From Vicugna vicugna (taxonomy: Eukaryota): DNA of 64,000 nucleotides. Position 1 is the stretch's first letter, and the number at the start of each line of letters is the position of its first letter. This document shows positions 1-13,560 of this stretch, one piece after another. The translations under genes were made by a program, and so were the position numbers. Below the pieces are notes generated by a model, which had not been told where the DNA came from, ran no database searches, and was given only the letters and a program-made list of their open reading frames with translations. Location of the stretch: contig MU058844.1 of assembly GCA_013265495.1 (NCBI GenBank), forward strand, positions 11,182,184-11,246,183. Reading direction: 5' to 3'.

Positions 1-44
1 CAACGATGTAATCCTTTCCCCGTCAGGGACCCAATACCATACAG
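1..44 (+). CDS. Candidate 3' part of a coding exon of an unidentified long-intron gene
   Basis: Strong consensus donor ACAG|GTAAGC at 44/45. Non-repetitive sequence with two open frames (NDVILSPSGTQYHT, phase 1; QRCNPFPVRDPIPY, phase 2). The acceptor lies outside the window. Confidence 0.45.
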
Positions 45-1051
45 GTAAGCAAGTACAGGCCACTATTTAGTGACCCTGGTTTAGACCACAGTGAGCATGA
101 AAAGAGATCAGATAGAAGCTTGATGAAAAGAGATGTCTATGATCCTGTGTTATGTGTAAGCTGCTAGAATATAGCTTACAGATGCAACAGCCTAATTTTA
201 ATTTTGAAACTTAATCAAAAAACAAGAGATTTAGCAGGCAACAGCTGCTCTGGAACTACGTCTCAGGTGTTCGCAATCATTCACAGCATCTTAGAAGACT
301 ACTGCCTGAAAGAACGTGATTAAAGGTGCTGGAGAGAACGGTCACCACTCTGTAAATCAAGTAACACAAGCAAATTAATGTAAAAAAGCACAAAGATAAG
401 AGAGTGCACTTTTTAAAAAGATGAAGCCTTCAGTGCTGGCAAAGGCATCTTCAACTACTCAGACATGACCACCTTTACATTTCAGTAATCAACAGTAACA
501 TTTGAACAAATGTGCAGAATGTGGAATACATAGAGTATTGAAACCCATAAATGTTCGTCAGTGTGCAGTGCGATGCAAATTTTTAACAATTTTGTTTTAT
601 ATTTTCAGTGATTCTATCTGGTGATAAAATGATCATTTCATCTGTTTTCCCACTTGAATTCAGTGTAGGACTTGACTGACTGGTTTCCACTGTCTTTTGC
701 AAATTTAAGGTATAAACAAATAAATAAAGATGTATCAGATATGCTCCTCTTAGCAGAAAAGTAGTTTTTGAATGTCACTGGACCATCTGGCTCCTTTATT
801 AATCATTAGATGATTATATAAGAAATTGGTAAGGTTTTCCTTCAAAGAAATATAAAAGATAAGAAAAGTTCAGAAATCATCTCTGATTTCTGGATGAAAA
901 GAAGTATGGGTATGTGTGTAGGAGGGCAGACTAGCCATCTCTGAAGGCAGACGTATTTACTGCTAAACACTTGGCACAGGATGACGTATGATCTTCCACG
1001 CTTGTTAACATCTCATGGGATGCTTCTGCTACCTGAGAGCATGCATTGGGC

Positions 1052-1083
1052 CAAACTGCACAGTGTGTCAAACTGCACAGTGT
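1052..1083. repeat. Short tandem duplication (CAAACTGCACAGTGT x2, 17-bp period)
   Basis: Reads caaactgcacagtgt-gt-caaactgcacagtgt. Confidence 0.9.
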
Positions 1084-2419
1084 TTCTGTAACGTTTAAGA
1101 TCTCTACAACATAGATATCATGTCTCAGTTATGTAGCAAAAATAAAACTCTCAGGGCAGTTTTATCATGTTAAGAATTAAAGAAGAAGTGAGTCATTATT
1201 TATACGTCTAATCTGTACAAAGATGAATTCAAACTTTATTTTGAACTGTCTGCATTTCTTGAGGAAAGAGTTGTGTGAAAGAAAGGTTGTGTGTTCGTGT
1301 GTATGTAATTAATTTTTCCCAGTTTCATATATAGATATTCAATTTAAAATGTTACCTTACATAAATATGCACAGGCTGCATTTACTTTATGACAGGGAAG
1401 AAGTATAGAATGGAATATATTATTAAAAATGACATTGCAAAATTTTAAAGAAATTTAAAAGAAAAAAGGGACAAAATACAGAAATTCCACCTACCTATCC
1501 CAGCCTATCTCTTAGAAAGGCATCCAGTAATACCAGGAAATATGCAAAACATAAATGAGATTTATTTTTGAGAAAAACTCTCCAATAATGAGGAAACTAG
1601 AGGTATTAACCAGAGAGCTTTACTTGTGATGCATGGGTCTGGACACATGTGCATAATAAGCATTGAATATTTACAACGATCCATTTTGAAGTCGTAAAGC
1701 TGCACCACTGGCTATAAGCAATTGAGACTCACTACTGGATTATTTTACAGCTGAAATGTTATGTATATAATATGTATAATTTATATATATTTTATATATA
1801 TAAATTATATATATACACATACACAATCAACTAGAAATACAGCCTTACCAAAGTCTATAACTATAAATTCCAAAGGGCAGTGACCATAAGGTTTTAATGT
1901 TTTGTCCACCACTCTCTCTCAGCATAATAAACTCTTCACAAACACAACAATCTGACTTACAAAATCAGAAGGCATTTTGCATACATGTATTTTAATTGCT
2001 TACTTTAGTTGCTTATTTGCATTTTTTTTTGCATTATACTTCTAGAATCTTAAGCCTGAGGTTTGTATCTTATTTACAAGGGGATGCCCAGTACTTAATA
2101 AGTGCACCTCACACACTGTAAATCCTCAGAAACGTTTGTTGAAGAAGATACCAGGAGTCACTAGTGCTCAAGGCCACAGATGGACATAGATACCACAGTG
2201 AGCTGAGAGTTGTCCCTGGGGGTTTGCGACCCAGATTAAAGACGTGACTCCATCCTAGGCAGCAGCTTTCTTAGTTCACTTTTTTTTCGATGGAGCGAAT
2301 TATTTTTATTAAATTATTGTATTTAATATTAAATCATTTCCATTAAATTATTTTATTTATTATTACATTTTTCAGATGCAATGTCCCCTACTTTGTGAAA
2401 TTTTAGCCCCCTTTTCCCT

Positions 2420-2655
2420 CTGTCTTCCACACGAGGAATATATTCCCTCCCTCACGCCTGTGTCCCTATGACACTTGAATTATCCCACTAGTGCAGCATT
2501 TATCAGACTTTACTGTGGTTGTTTGTTCATATGATTCTATTTTACACTGATCTGTTACTGCTTTGAGGATTTTACTTTATCTTTTTTTTTTTAAATCTCC
2601 AGTCTTAACACAGGCTTCCACACATGTGTTGGTCTCCATAAATGCTTGTTCAATT
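2420..2655 (+). mobile_element. L2 LINE 3' fragment (ancient)
   Basis: Resembles the L2 3' end, terminating in ccataaatgcttgttcaat. Confidence 0.5.
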
Positions 2656-5143
2656 TAATTACCAAAGTGCCAAAGACCCCTGGTTTGGGAAGAAGTGTGT
2701 TTTATAATCTTTTGACTGTTTGATGGTACGATTGTGGATCTCCAGCTTTGAGTTTTACAAAGGATATTGCCTTTAGGAAGCATGTGGTTCTTAGCAGATG
2801 GAAATTCCCAGAGTATCACAGAGGACCAGAGGGCATTTCTTGAAAAGTGCCTGCCATTTGTAAAGCACCCGCCTAAGGAGCTAGAGAGTCACCATCTGCT
2901 CCCAGCTCCCTTCTGAGCATCTTCTTTTGCACAGTCATCTCTTAACCAGAGAATACCTGAGTGAACCTAGAATTGGCATCTGCTACAAATGAATCTGGTG
3001 AGATACTGGCCAGAAACCCATGATCTTGGCATACCTTAGCGTTTTCACCAGTTTTTCCAAAGACACATTTCTGTGTTTCCCAACAAGGTTTTGGGGACAT
3101 TTGTTCCAGAGGATGTTAATAGTTGTCACTTGCAGAAAGCATTTCATGATTAAATGAATTTGAAGAATGAAGGCTAAATTAAAACAAAGCAAAGCCAAAC
3201 AAAACAAAAAAATGCAGGATTCCTGAATTAGGATTTTTCAAAGCCTCTAGTATGCAAATAAACACTACATTTTCAGAGGAAATAATATATCATATTTTCT
3301 AAAAACTATTCAATTATAAAACTGCAATATTTTTTAACTTTTGTGATATAACTGTAGGAATGCACTTTATGAAATGTGACTCAGTACCACTGAATTTCCC
3401 CTCCTCGGTATCCTCATCAAATGTTTCTCTTTTTTGTACACACGACTCTTCCTGCATGATTCAGATGTGGCAAGAAGCTCAGAAACGTTTCTTCAGCTGG
3501 TGCTAATGGCATTCCAAGACATGCCACACAAACACCCTTCCTTAAATTAAGTTTTAAGTAAATATGTCAGCTCAGAAGTAATTGCCACATGTACAAATAA
3601 AAATGTTACACTAATGTACAATTTCCAAACTGATTAGACTTTCAAATAATATTATATGTTATTATAGTGATGGTAGGTTTTCCTTTTATTTCTTTGTGCA
3701 TTTTAGAATCAATTTGTGCAATCCTTAAGCATTTACTCTTACCACAGTTAGAGCAGAAATTTAGAAATATGATGGGCAAATTAGCAAATGCGTAACAACA
3801 AAGATGTGAACGTGCTTGTGCTAATGCATGAAAAATAATTTTGGCAGTATCTCAGCTCTCGAACTTCTCAACATACGGGAAAAGTTAATGACAGCAATTT
3901 CAGAATCTTGCTCTGTGAACAAGGAGACATTACACTTACTATCCAAGCGCCTATGAATCCACTTACATTTTACCACATGCGGTTCTTATGTATGGGCTTT
4001 ACTTGGCAAGAATTCAGTATTCTTACAGTTCTGGGATTGTTTAATATCACTGTGCTGTAGTCCAGAATTAACAGCATACTAATATTAAAAAAAAAAGGCT
4101 TATAAAACTAGGGGGAAAAAAAGAACATGACTAATTGCCAGACATTTATTTAGCAAGACATAGTTTTTAGCAAAAATTTAATATTTTATTAAGCAAAACT
4201 GAAAAGATTGAGCCAAAACCTATACCTTAGATATTGCACAGATACATGCTTGAATGTGGTAAGGTCAATGAAATTTATTGAAAATGTCAAATGAGTGCAT
4301 TTGCTAACTTATTAGCAAGACACTGGTTGTCTCTTTAAGGTGTATCCTCTTTAGTTGCTTAAGGTTATGTTATAAAGGAATAAAAATATTATATTTTTAG
4401 AACTTGTCATAAATTAGTAATTTAATGTGTCAGTTTGGGATGCACAAAAATGATAGTAATAATTCAAGCTGCAAATTAACAGAACAAACCTTGAAATCGA
4501 TATGTTAGTTTGTAATAGTGTATATTATTTTATTTGCTCAGGCTTGCAAAAACCTACAGTGTATTACATTTTAGATTCTTTTTTTTCAGTTCCAAAATAC
4601 TGGCCTCTGTTTTTTTTTTTTTTAAAGAAATTTGCTTATAAAATTTGGTCGTTGGCATCCGTATTGATGAGTATGAAATATCTCCACTATCAACAAGCAG
4701 GAGGCAGAGCTGCTCACGGCCACAGCTGGAATGGATCTGCTACCATAAAAATGGGAAGTAGCAGCTGCAGGGAGCATAAATTGTGCAATTGATTTGATTT
4801 TGCAAAGCAAACACATTCCTTGTGTTATGATTTAGCTTGCTAATTAGGCCTTCCATAATCAAAAGGACTTTGGAAGAAAATAATTCTGGATTAAGCTCAA
4901 CTTCCGTACCTTCTCAGATCTCCTTATAACATTTTCCACATTTTTAAGACCAGTATATCTCACACTGAATGTCTTGAACAACAAGAGGATGATAATGTTC
5001 CTTTTGTGAATGTGTCTGGTGTCAGACTCCTATTACAAGAGAATAAACAGGGAGGTCACACAGAAGCATATCAATCAATATATGGCACCTGGGTCTTGAG
5101 AACTATGCAAACAAAAAGCATTGTATTTCCTCTGATTTTGTAT

Positions 5144-5343
5144 CAGGTGTCAGCACACTTTTTCCGTAATGGGCCATAGCAGATACCTTAGGCTTTGTGA
5201 GCCACATGCCCCATAATGCAACTACTCAATGTTTCCTTTTAGGGAAAGCAACTGTGGATAGTATGTAAACAAATGGGCATGGCTATGTTCCAATAAAACT
5301 TTATTTACAAAAACAGGTAATGGGTCAGATTTGCCAACCTTTG
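5144..5343 (+). mobile_element. MER58A (hAT-Charlie non-autonomous DNA transposon)
   Basis: Termini caggtgtcagcacactttttccgtaatgggcc ... tttgccaacctttg and the diagnostic core aatgggcatggctatgttccaataaaactttatttacaaaaacagg match the MER58A consensus. Confidence 0.9.
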
Positions 5344-5729
5344 GTCTATTTAATTCTCAGAAATGAAAATTAGTAATAACCTATGTGGCATCAGTAAATA
5401 TGACAACACACTGTAAAAACCAATACATGATACTGCAGTCGATTGCAGTTGATAATTGCAATTATCATATGTAACTCCTATCTGATCTATGTTATGTATA
5501 GAGGGAATCTGTGTATGTGGTATGTAGATATGCATATATGTCTGCAAATGCATATGTATACGTAGACAGAGAGAAGTATATATACAGAACCCATCTTATA
5601 AAGGATGTGTGGAGTAAGAGGGGAAAATGGAAAATGATTATGGGACAAGTTGAACCTTGCCTAATGACGTAATAAGAACAACTATATTAGCAAATTCACG
5701 AATTGCGTTTGTTTATAATTTATATGTAG

Positions 5730-6400
5730 GTGTTTAATCAATCAATATATGTGCTGAGTATGATGTGCTGACAACTCTTCCGGTATTAATAGAAATAAAA
5801 GAAGTAAATCATTCTTGCCTTTCAAAAGCTCACATTAAAGTTGATATACATGCCCAGATTCTCATTAATTAAAAATCATAATATAAACAAACACATATGT
5901 TTAATACATGTATGTATGAATATCTCACATTAATAGTCCAGGCAACAAAAAATGTCATTGAAATTGGGGAAAAAAGGATAATTGTGAGTTGTGTGATGGA
6001 AATAAAAGGCCCTTAAAAGAAAGGCCTTTAAGCTTTGACATGGACTTTGAAATATGAGTAACTTGGATTAGATTATATTAGAAGGAGGGGATATTATTTT
6101 AGGTGGTAGAGAACACTAAACACAGAGAACGGGTGGGAAATTTCAAGCTGGGCTAATGTGGGAAGATAAGATTTTTAAAAAGTCGATTGGATTGCAATTG
6201 AGAAAAAAAGCCTTGACTATCTGATTAAGTCTTACTTTACTCTGTACCCAATGTGGAACCAGTTATTGTTCAGAGAAGCAACTAGATGAAACGGCTCTCC
6301 AAGGCGATCATTCTAGCAGGGGCTGTAAAATGATGGGCCCAGAAAGTGGCAGAGGACAGTTGAGACTGACTGGGGAGGTGGTCCCAAAACGAGTTGAGAG
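5730..6400 (-). mobile_element. L2 LINE fragment (ancient, degraded)
   Basis: Purine-rich antisense L2-like motifs such as aagccttgactatctgattaag...tctgtacccaatgtggaacc and gatcattctagcagg. Confidence 0.45.
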
Positions 6401-6710
6401 TGACTGAAACAGTGTGGTGGCAAAGCTGGTGGACCTGAAAATAGGTGATGCTGAGCTAGTCTAAAGGAACCAGCACAATGACACATGGTATCTCACTTGC
6501 TTGATGCAGATGTACCATCATGAGCCAAAGAATGTGCTAAGCAGTGACAATTTTCTCACATGCACATGTTTAACACCTTGTGAAAAAATATACAATTTGC
6601 TAAATGAAAAGGACTTTGATGTGATATGTGTAGCATAACAGACCGACAGGAAAAACAGTCCCAGCAATTACAAAGACAATTTAGAATCAAATTAAAGAAA
6701 TGCTAACAAC

Positions 6711-7517
6711 TTCTTTATCTAGTCATCTGTCGATGGACATTTTGGTTGTTTCCATGTCTTGACTATTGTAAACAGTGCTGCTATGAACAATGAGGTGCCC
6801 GTATCCTTTTAAATTTAAGCTCCCTCTGGATATATGCCTGGGACTCAGACTGCTGGATCATATGGTAAATCTATTTTTAGTTTTTTTGTGGAACCTCCAT
6901 ACTGTTTTCCATAACGGCTGTACCAAACTACATTCCCATCAGCACTGTAGGAGGGTTCCCTTTTCTCCACATCCTCTCCAGCACTTATCACTTGTGGACT
7001 TTTGAATGATGGCCATTCTGACCTGGTGTGAGATGATACCTCACTGTAATTTGGGTTTGCATTTCTCTGATAATTAGTGATACTGAGCCTTTTTTTTTTA
7101 ATGTGGGTATTGGTCATTTGTATGTCTTTATTGGAGAATTGTTTGTTTAGGCCTTCTGCTCATTTTGGATTGGGTTGTTTGGTTTTTTCTTATTAAGTTG
7201 TATGAGCTGTTTATATATTCTGGAAATTAAGCCCTTCTCAGTCTCATCTTTTGCAAATATTTTCTCCCATTCCATAGGTTGTCTTTTTGTTTTGCTGTGC
7301 AAAAGCTTATAAGTTTAATTAGGTCCCATTTATTTTTGCTTTTATTTCTATTGCCTGGTTAGACTGCCCTAGGAGAACATTAAGATTTATGTCAGATAAC
7401 ATTTGAAAAGGAATATGAAAACAAACATATGTATGTATGACTGAACTCTTATGCTGCACACCAGAAATTGACACAACATTGTAAAGTATGAGTCAATAAA
7501 CAAAAAAATAAAAAAAA
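6711..7517. mobile_element. 5'-inverted L1 insertion: antisense ORF2 C-terminal part (6711-~7404) plus sense 3' tail (~7405-7517)
   Basis: Minus-strand ORF 6845-7117 gives L1 ORF2-like [10 protein letters not shown]. It is followed by a + strand L1 3' end (atgctgcacaccagaaattgacacaacattgtaa...aataaa) and poly(A). Confidence 0.85.
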
Positions 7518-7529
7518 CTACATAAAGTT

Positions 7530-8210
7530 ACTGAATGTTCTGCTTTTCCACGGTCTTTGGATGTATATTCTTTGAGAATGGGGACTTTGCTTTACTTGCT
7601 GTATATCTCTTGTATATCTGGTGCCTAGAATAGAACTTGACCCTGAGAAAGTATTCAATATATATTAACTGAATGGAAAAAAATGAGTGAATAAATTGAA
7701 GAATAATTGCATGTGAGTAGAAATGACCATTTCCCATCACCACTGGCACCAGTAGCTTCGGTCCTAATCATGTCTTAAGTAGTTTAATGCAAATATCTCC
7801 TATTTATCTTGAGTTTCTAACCTCCCATTTCAAACAGCTCCTACACATTAAGGAGAGATGTATCTTACTAAAACACTACTTTGATCAACTCAGTTCACAT
7901 AATTGAATGTCTTCTCCTCCACTGTGAGATAAAACTGAAACTCCCCATCCAGACATTCAGAGCCCTCAAGAATCTCACTCCACTTTAGCTATTCAACATC
8001 ATTTCCTAAGACTTCAAAATACTTTTCTCAGTCAGGCTCCTTTCTTAAAGGTTGCCTGCAAACTCTAGGGTCATTCTTGCCTTCGTGCTTTTACGTGGAC
8101 TGTTCTTAATGTACAGAAGACATTTTCCATTCAAACCCACTCATTAACATCCTGCAAAGCATTCACAGATGATCTCAGATAACTTAGCCTCCATGAAATC
8201 TTTCCTTATC
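7530..8210 (+). mobile_element. L2 fragments
   Basis: L2 3' terminus (tggtgcctagaatag...tattcaatatatattaactgaatg) followed by L2 body motifs. Confidence 0.55.
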
Positions 8211-8737
8211 TATTACACATTTTGTCTTCATCCTTGAGTTAAATACATGTTTTAATGTATGTTTTCTGTTATAATGTTTTAGAGTGACTCTACAAATGTT
8301 TTGCCTTCACAGCAAATTTATAAATATCTCAGGTCAACCAATCTTTGGGAATTACAAGGAAAATATTTCTCTTATACTCTCTGCAAGGCATCTACTGCAA
8401 TAAGTGATGCTTTATATAACCACTTCTTAAATTCAATTACAATTTTATTGTTTAATTTTCTTTTGTTATGGTTATTAACCTGGGTTTCTTTTTTTAATAT
8501 ACACACATTTATATGTACATACTGGAAGTTAAAAATGATTTCTAGTCCACAAGTTGAAATGTGTAAGGAATATTTCTTTTCAAAGTTTTGCCACTGAGTG
8601 CCCTTTGGGACACAGCTGCGTCTGGTTTAAGGGACCCATCACGACTTGAAAGTTTGCCTCTTGCCCATAGTGTGATCTCCTTCATCTAGTATTGCTAGAA
8701 GAAATTGGTTGGTTTGCTCCTATTAGTTACCCTACAG

Positions 8738-8849
8738 CTGTGCCAACCCCACGCACAGTAGGCTTTATCCTTCTTTGCTTGTTTCTTAAGCAGAAAAAAT
8801 GTATCACTTCCTCATATGACAATCTAGCCCCTGCAAACACACTCCATAG
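8738..8849 (+). CDS. Candidate internal exon (alternative acceptors at 8727, 8738, 8791, 8794)
   Basis: Donor ATAG|GTGAGC at 8849/8850. One open frame (A)VPTPRTVGFILLCLFLKQKKCITSSYDNLAPANTLH. Pyrimidine tract ctttatccttctttgcttgtttcttaagCAG with a NAGNAG acceptor. The 8727 and 8738 acceptors are frame-compatible with the 1-44 exon. Confidence 0.4.
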
Positions 8850-9939
8850 GTGAGCGGCACCCAATGCTATCGCCATGAATACACACTGAGACCTGTATCG
8901 CCATTTTCTTGCACACAAATCTTATAATTCCCTTCAGTGTTCTATTTCAAAGGATAAGTTTTATCAACATCTTCTAAAGAGTCACACACTATGGATAATC
9001 TCTTCCTCATTACATCTTTAGTTTGGTGCACCTACTCTGTCAAAGGTGCTTATTTAAATTTTGTTTATTCTGGCTTTTTGTAACAATCCATCAATGTTCC
9101 CATGGAGCAACATTTAGTGCCTTTTTAGATTATTAGTAATAATATGAATGCCAAGTTCCTCTGGTTACCCCATGGTTATCTTATTCTTACTTCCATGGTT
9201 TGTGGTTGCTTCTATGTTTTACATATATATATATATATATTTAAATCATATCACATCCCTGTAAAAACCAAATTTCATTCCTTGCCTACATCACTGAATA
9301 TGCTTACTACCCTCACTTAAACAGGGCAAGATGTGCTGTTCATACAGGCTTTAATTCACTTAAAACATTAAATGATTGAACAGGGCTTCACTAATGCTGT
9401 TTTCACGGAATAGCTTTTGGGCTTTCGAGTATTCCTCTAAAGAGCCAAACTGTTTCCAGAGCTGTGAGGTCAGACCTATTCTTTATAGCGGTCTATGAAA
9501 CTTACTTACAGATAGAACTGAGAGATTTTTATAGCACGCTTTACTTTTTATTGTATAGCAAATACTTCATTATCTCTCTCACACTATTTTCTCAAGAAGT
9601 ACCGTGAATCCGGAACAATACAAGAATTAGGAAGTAAGGATAGAGACATATAAACTAAACATCCATGTAATGAAATAACTAACCCAGAAGGAGCACTTCA
9701 GCCAAGAATTTTCTGGGGATGATCATTTCAAAATGGTAGCATAGACTGGTAGGCTATACGATGATAAAGGAAAAAAGATGAAAAATGTTAAGCAGTTTTT
9801 CTCCTTCTTTTATCCACTCTGCTCTGAAAATTTTCAGACAATGGAAGATATGTAAACAACATTTTGAACACAGACACCAATTTAAGTATAGCATATAATT
9901 TCCACATTCTACACTCACCGTCTTCAGAGGGAAACATCA

Positions 9940-11200
9940 ACTTAAATTTTTAATCTGTTATTCTCTTACCAACCGTAAAAAATACTATTTTTATTCAATA
10001 TAGTTTGTGAAATTCATCATCGTTAATATATGTGACTCTAGGTAATTTATTTGCATTGCTACAAAGTATTACGTTATGTAAATATGCCACATTTATTTAT
10101 GACTATTTTAACATCGCTACTATGCATGGCTGTCTCCTTGTGCAAAGAGTTTCTCTAAACGAATTTCATAGGCTAAATTCATTTTTTATTTGCCAGACAG
10201 TATACAGTCAATTTTCTCTCAAAGGAGGCTATACCAGTTAAGATTCCTGTCAGCAGTGCAGTTTTCATTAATCTATCATGTTGAATCACTAGAGTATTTA
10301 TTTTGGCCAATTTTCTGTAAAATCATATACAATTATGGTTTCAATTTGGATTCCCTTTATTACTGATGCAATAAATAATCTTATAATTTGGGTTTCGGTG
10401 TTATCTCTTCTATCGAAATGCATATTTTGCCCACCTTTCTATTAACCTCTTTTACTATTATTAATTTGGACACGGTTTTCACTAATCTTTTGTCAGCTAC
10501 ATGTATTACAACATCTTTTCTCTGTGTCTGCCTTGTATTTGTCTTATTTCATGAAGAGACGTTTTTAATCTTAATGTACAAATATTTTTACTATTATTAA
10601 AGATTAAGTTTAATCTTTTCTTTCATGGTTACTGCTTTTTGTATCTTAAGAAATCCTTTCTAACAAAAGCCATTGTGATATTTTTCCATAAAGTTTGGTT
10701 TTCACACTTATATTTTTAATCAAACTGCAATTTGTGTGTATGCTGTAAGGTAGGATGTTAACTGTATTTTCTTTTCCTTATGATTAACCATTTGACTAAC
10801 ATCCACTTTTCACTAAACAGTCCATCCTTTCTTCTTCATCTGCAGTGCCTCTGTGTCATAAATCAAGTGTTCATAGATGCATGTGTATGACTGACTCATA
10901 ATAAGTCTTGATATTTTATAATAAACATGTAATAATACATCTTGATAACTAAAAATTCTCATCAGCTTTTATTCTTTTTCAAGATTGGGTTATCTCTTCT
11001 TGGCCATCTGCTCCTCTAAATATATGTACATATTCAATTTAGCTTCTCAAGCCCATGCAAAAACCCACCTCAGACTTTTGACTTGTATTGCACTGAAGAA
11101 ATAATTGTCATCTTTAAGATAATGAGTTCTGCTACCCACTGAAGTGGTCTCTCCACTTTTTTAAAAGATATTTTTTAATAACTTTAAATAAAGTGTTATT

Positions 11201-11232
<32 letters not shown>

Positions 11233-13560
11233 TTATCTCAAACATCATTTGCATCTATCTAGGTATTTTATATTTTTGTTATTAGTGTAAGTGAAATTTA
11301 CAAATTATATTTTCTAAAAGTTATGTAGAAAGGGTGTTGATTCTTCTTTACCAACCTTATACATAGTCATTTTGCTATATTCCTATTCTGCTTATGTTCT
11401 TTCTAGGTTCTTTTGAGACTTTCATGTGATTACAAATAATCCGAGGATGATTACAGTTTTTCTTCATTTGTAATCTTTACCTTCTTTCTCTATCCCACCT
11501 TTATTTTTGTGTGCAAATAGATAGAATTAAAGTGGAGACAATACATCTCATTGTCCTAATCTTGATTTTAAATGAAGTGCTTATAAAATTTTCCAGTGAC
11601 ATTCTTTAATGAGAGTAAGGGATTTATAATCTCTTCCCAGTTTAACAGAATTTTATTATAATTTTTATCATTAATGATTAGTATTAATAAGTATAAAATT
11701 TTACCAAATACTTTTCATCAGTCTGTTGAGATGGCCACATTGTTATTTGCTTCAATGTCAATGTGGCAAATTAAACTGACATATTTTCTAATGTTAAACC
11801 ACTTCTGCATTCTTGTCTGATACACTGATCTCTTTTACATATTGTCAGAAAGAATTTAATAATACTCATTTCAAAACTCTAATTTGAAAGGATACATACA
11901 CCCCAATATTCATAGCAGCACTATTAACAACAGGCAAGACGTGGAAGCAACCCAAGTGCCCGTCAACAGATGAATGGATAAAGAAGACATAGTATGTATA
12001 TATATGCATACATATATAGTGGAACGTTATTATTAATTGTTCTATATCCTATATAAGCAACAAAGATTTACTGTATAGCACAGGGAACTATATTCAATAT
12101 CTTGTAATAACCTATAATATAATATAACCTGAAAAAATACATATATATATATAAATGAATCACTTTGCTGTATACCTGAAAATAACACAATATTGTAAAT
12201 CAACTATACTCCAATGAAAAAAAGATTTGTTAAAACAAAATCAAAACATAATAATACTCATTTCAGATTTTTGTATGTTTTTACAAGTTAGATTTACTTA
12301 TAATTTTCTTCACATGGTCTTAGCTTCTTAAGTTCTCAAGATCACAACAGTCGCTATAAGATGAATTTGCGACTACTACTTCTCCTTAGCTAATCTACAC
12401 TATTGGGCCTCGCTTAGTTTTGGACATTTGTTAGAATTCATTTATAAAATAATGCCAGCCTAGTAATTTAATATTTATATTTGATGGGTATATATACAGC
12501 TACGAATTAATCTGATTAAATTTCCTTAATGATCAAAAATACACCCAAACTTTCTATTTCTTCTGCAATCACTATTACACAAGTTACTTTTTTTGTTTTA
12601 GGAAATTTACCATTTTATATATTTTAAACTTTAATGGCCAAAAGTTTTTCTTAATGTTTGCTTTAACATTTTTACTATCTGTAGTTCTATATCACTTTTC
12701 ATTTTTAGTAATATTTATTCATATCTTTTCTCTTTTTTCCACAATTCTTCCTGCCAAAATCCATCTATCACATGTCTTTTAAATTTTTAAACAAATTTAT
12801 GGCTTTATTGGTCTTCTCTAATATTTGCTTTTATCTTTACTTTTCCATTTCCTCTACTTTATTTAGCTATATTTTCTTGTTTTGTTTCTGAGTTCTTTGG
12901 TTGGATGCTTGCCTGATAATTTTATACAATCCAAGTAGTTAGATGTGTGTATTCCTTCACATACCACTTCACCTATTTTTCATAGGTGTGATATTGTATG
13001 TTGTAGAATTCAACTTGTTTTTCTAATTTCTGTAATACTGTTTCTTTGTAGTAAGTTTTAAAAATTTCCAGTTTCTCTTTTTAATTTCTTCTGTTATTGG
13101 CATCTAAATTGCTGCGCACGTTGAGAGGATAAGTCACTGTTTTACCTGAAGCGGCGAGGACTGTATTTTCTTAATTGTTGGATACTTTTCTTTTTTGTTG
13201 TTGTAATTTGTAATATTCTGTGTCATTTTTTCAGATTAATTTTTTCAGTTCACTAAATCCATTTTCAGCTGGGTCTCCTGTATTTTAAGTTATCCATTGA
13301 GTTTCAACTTTAAAAGTTACAGTTTTCATTGCTACAAATTCTCTTTTGTTCTTTTCAGATACACCTTGCTTACATCTGTAATTTCTTTTTTCTGTATATA
13401 TTTAGTATATGATTTATACTTTTTACAATATTTCAAATTATATGACTTTCTTGTAAATTTAACTCTATTGTCTGTTGCTTCTGACGATTTCATTCATGGT
13501 AGGTTATTCTTTCTGTGTTCTGTAATTCTTGTTTGTGAATCCATGTTTCATGAGACTTTA
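9940..13560 (-). mobile_element. Old L1M (L1MD/L1ME-type) remnant, antisense, interrupted by a younger L1
   Basis: Long T-rich antisense L1 3'UTR/ORF2-like sequence (aattttctctcaaaggaggctataccagttaagattcctgtcagcagtg; ttctaatgttaaaccacttctgcattcttg), highly decayed. Confidence 0.75.
11874..12248 (+). mobile_element. Younger L1 3' fragment with 17-bp TSD
   Basis: ORF2 C-terminal motif (acaccccaatattcatagcagcacta), 3'UTR ctgtatagcacagggaactatattcaatatcttgtaataacc and A-rich tail. TSD TAATAATACTCATTTCA at 11857-11873 and 12249-12265. Confidence 0.9.
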
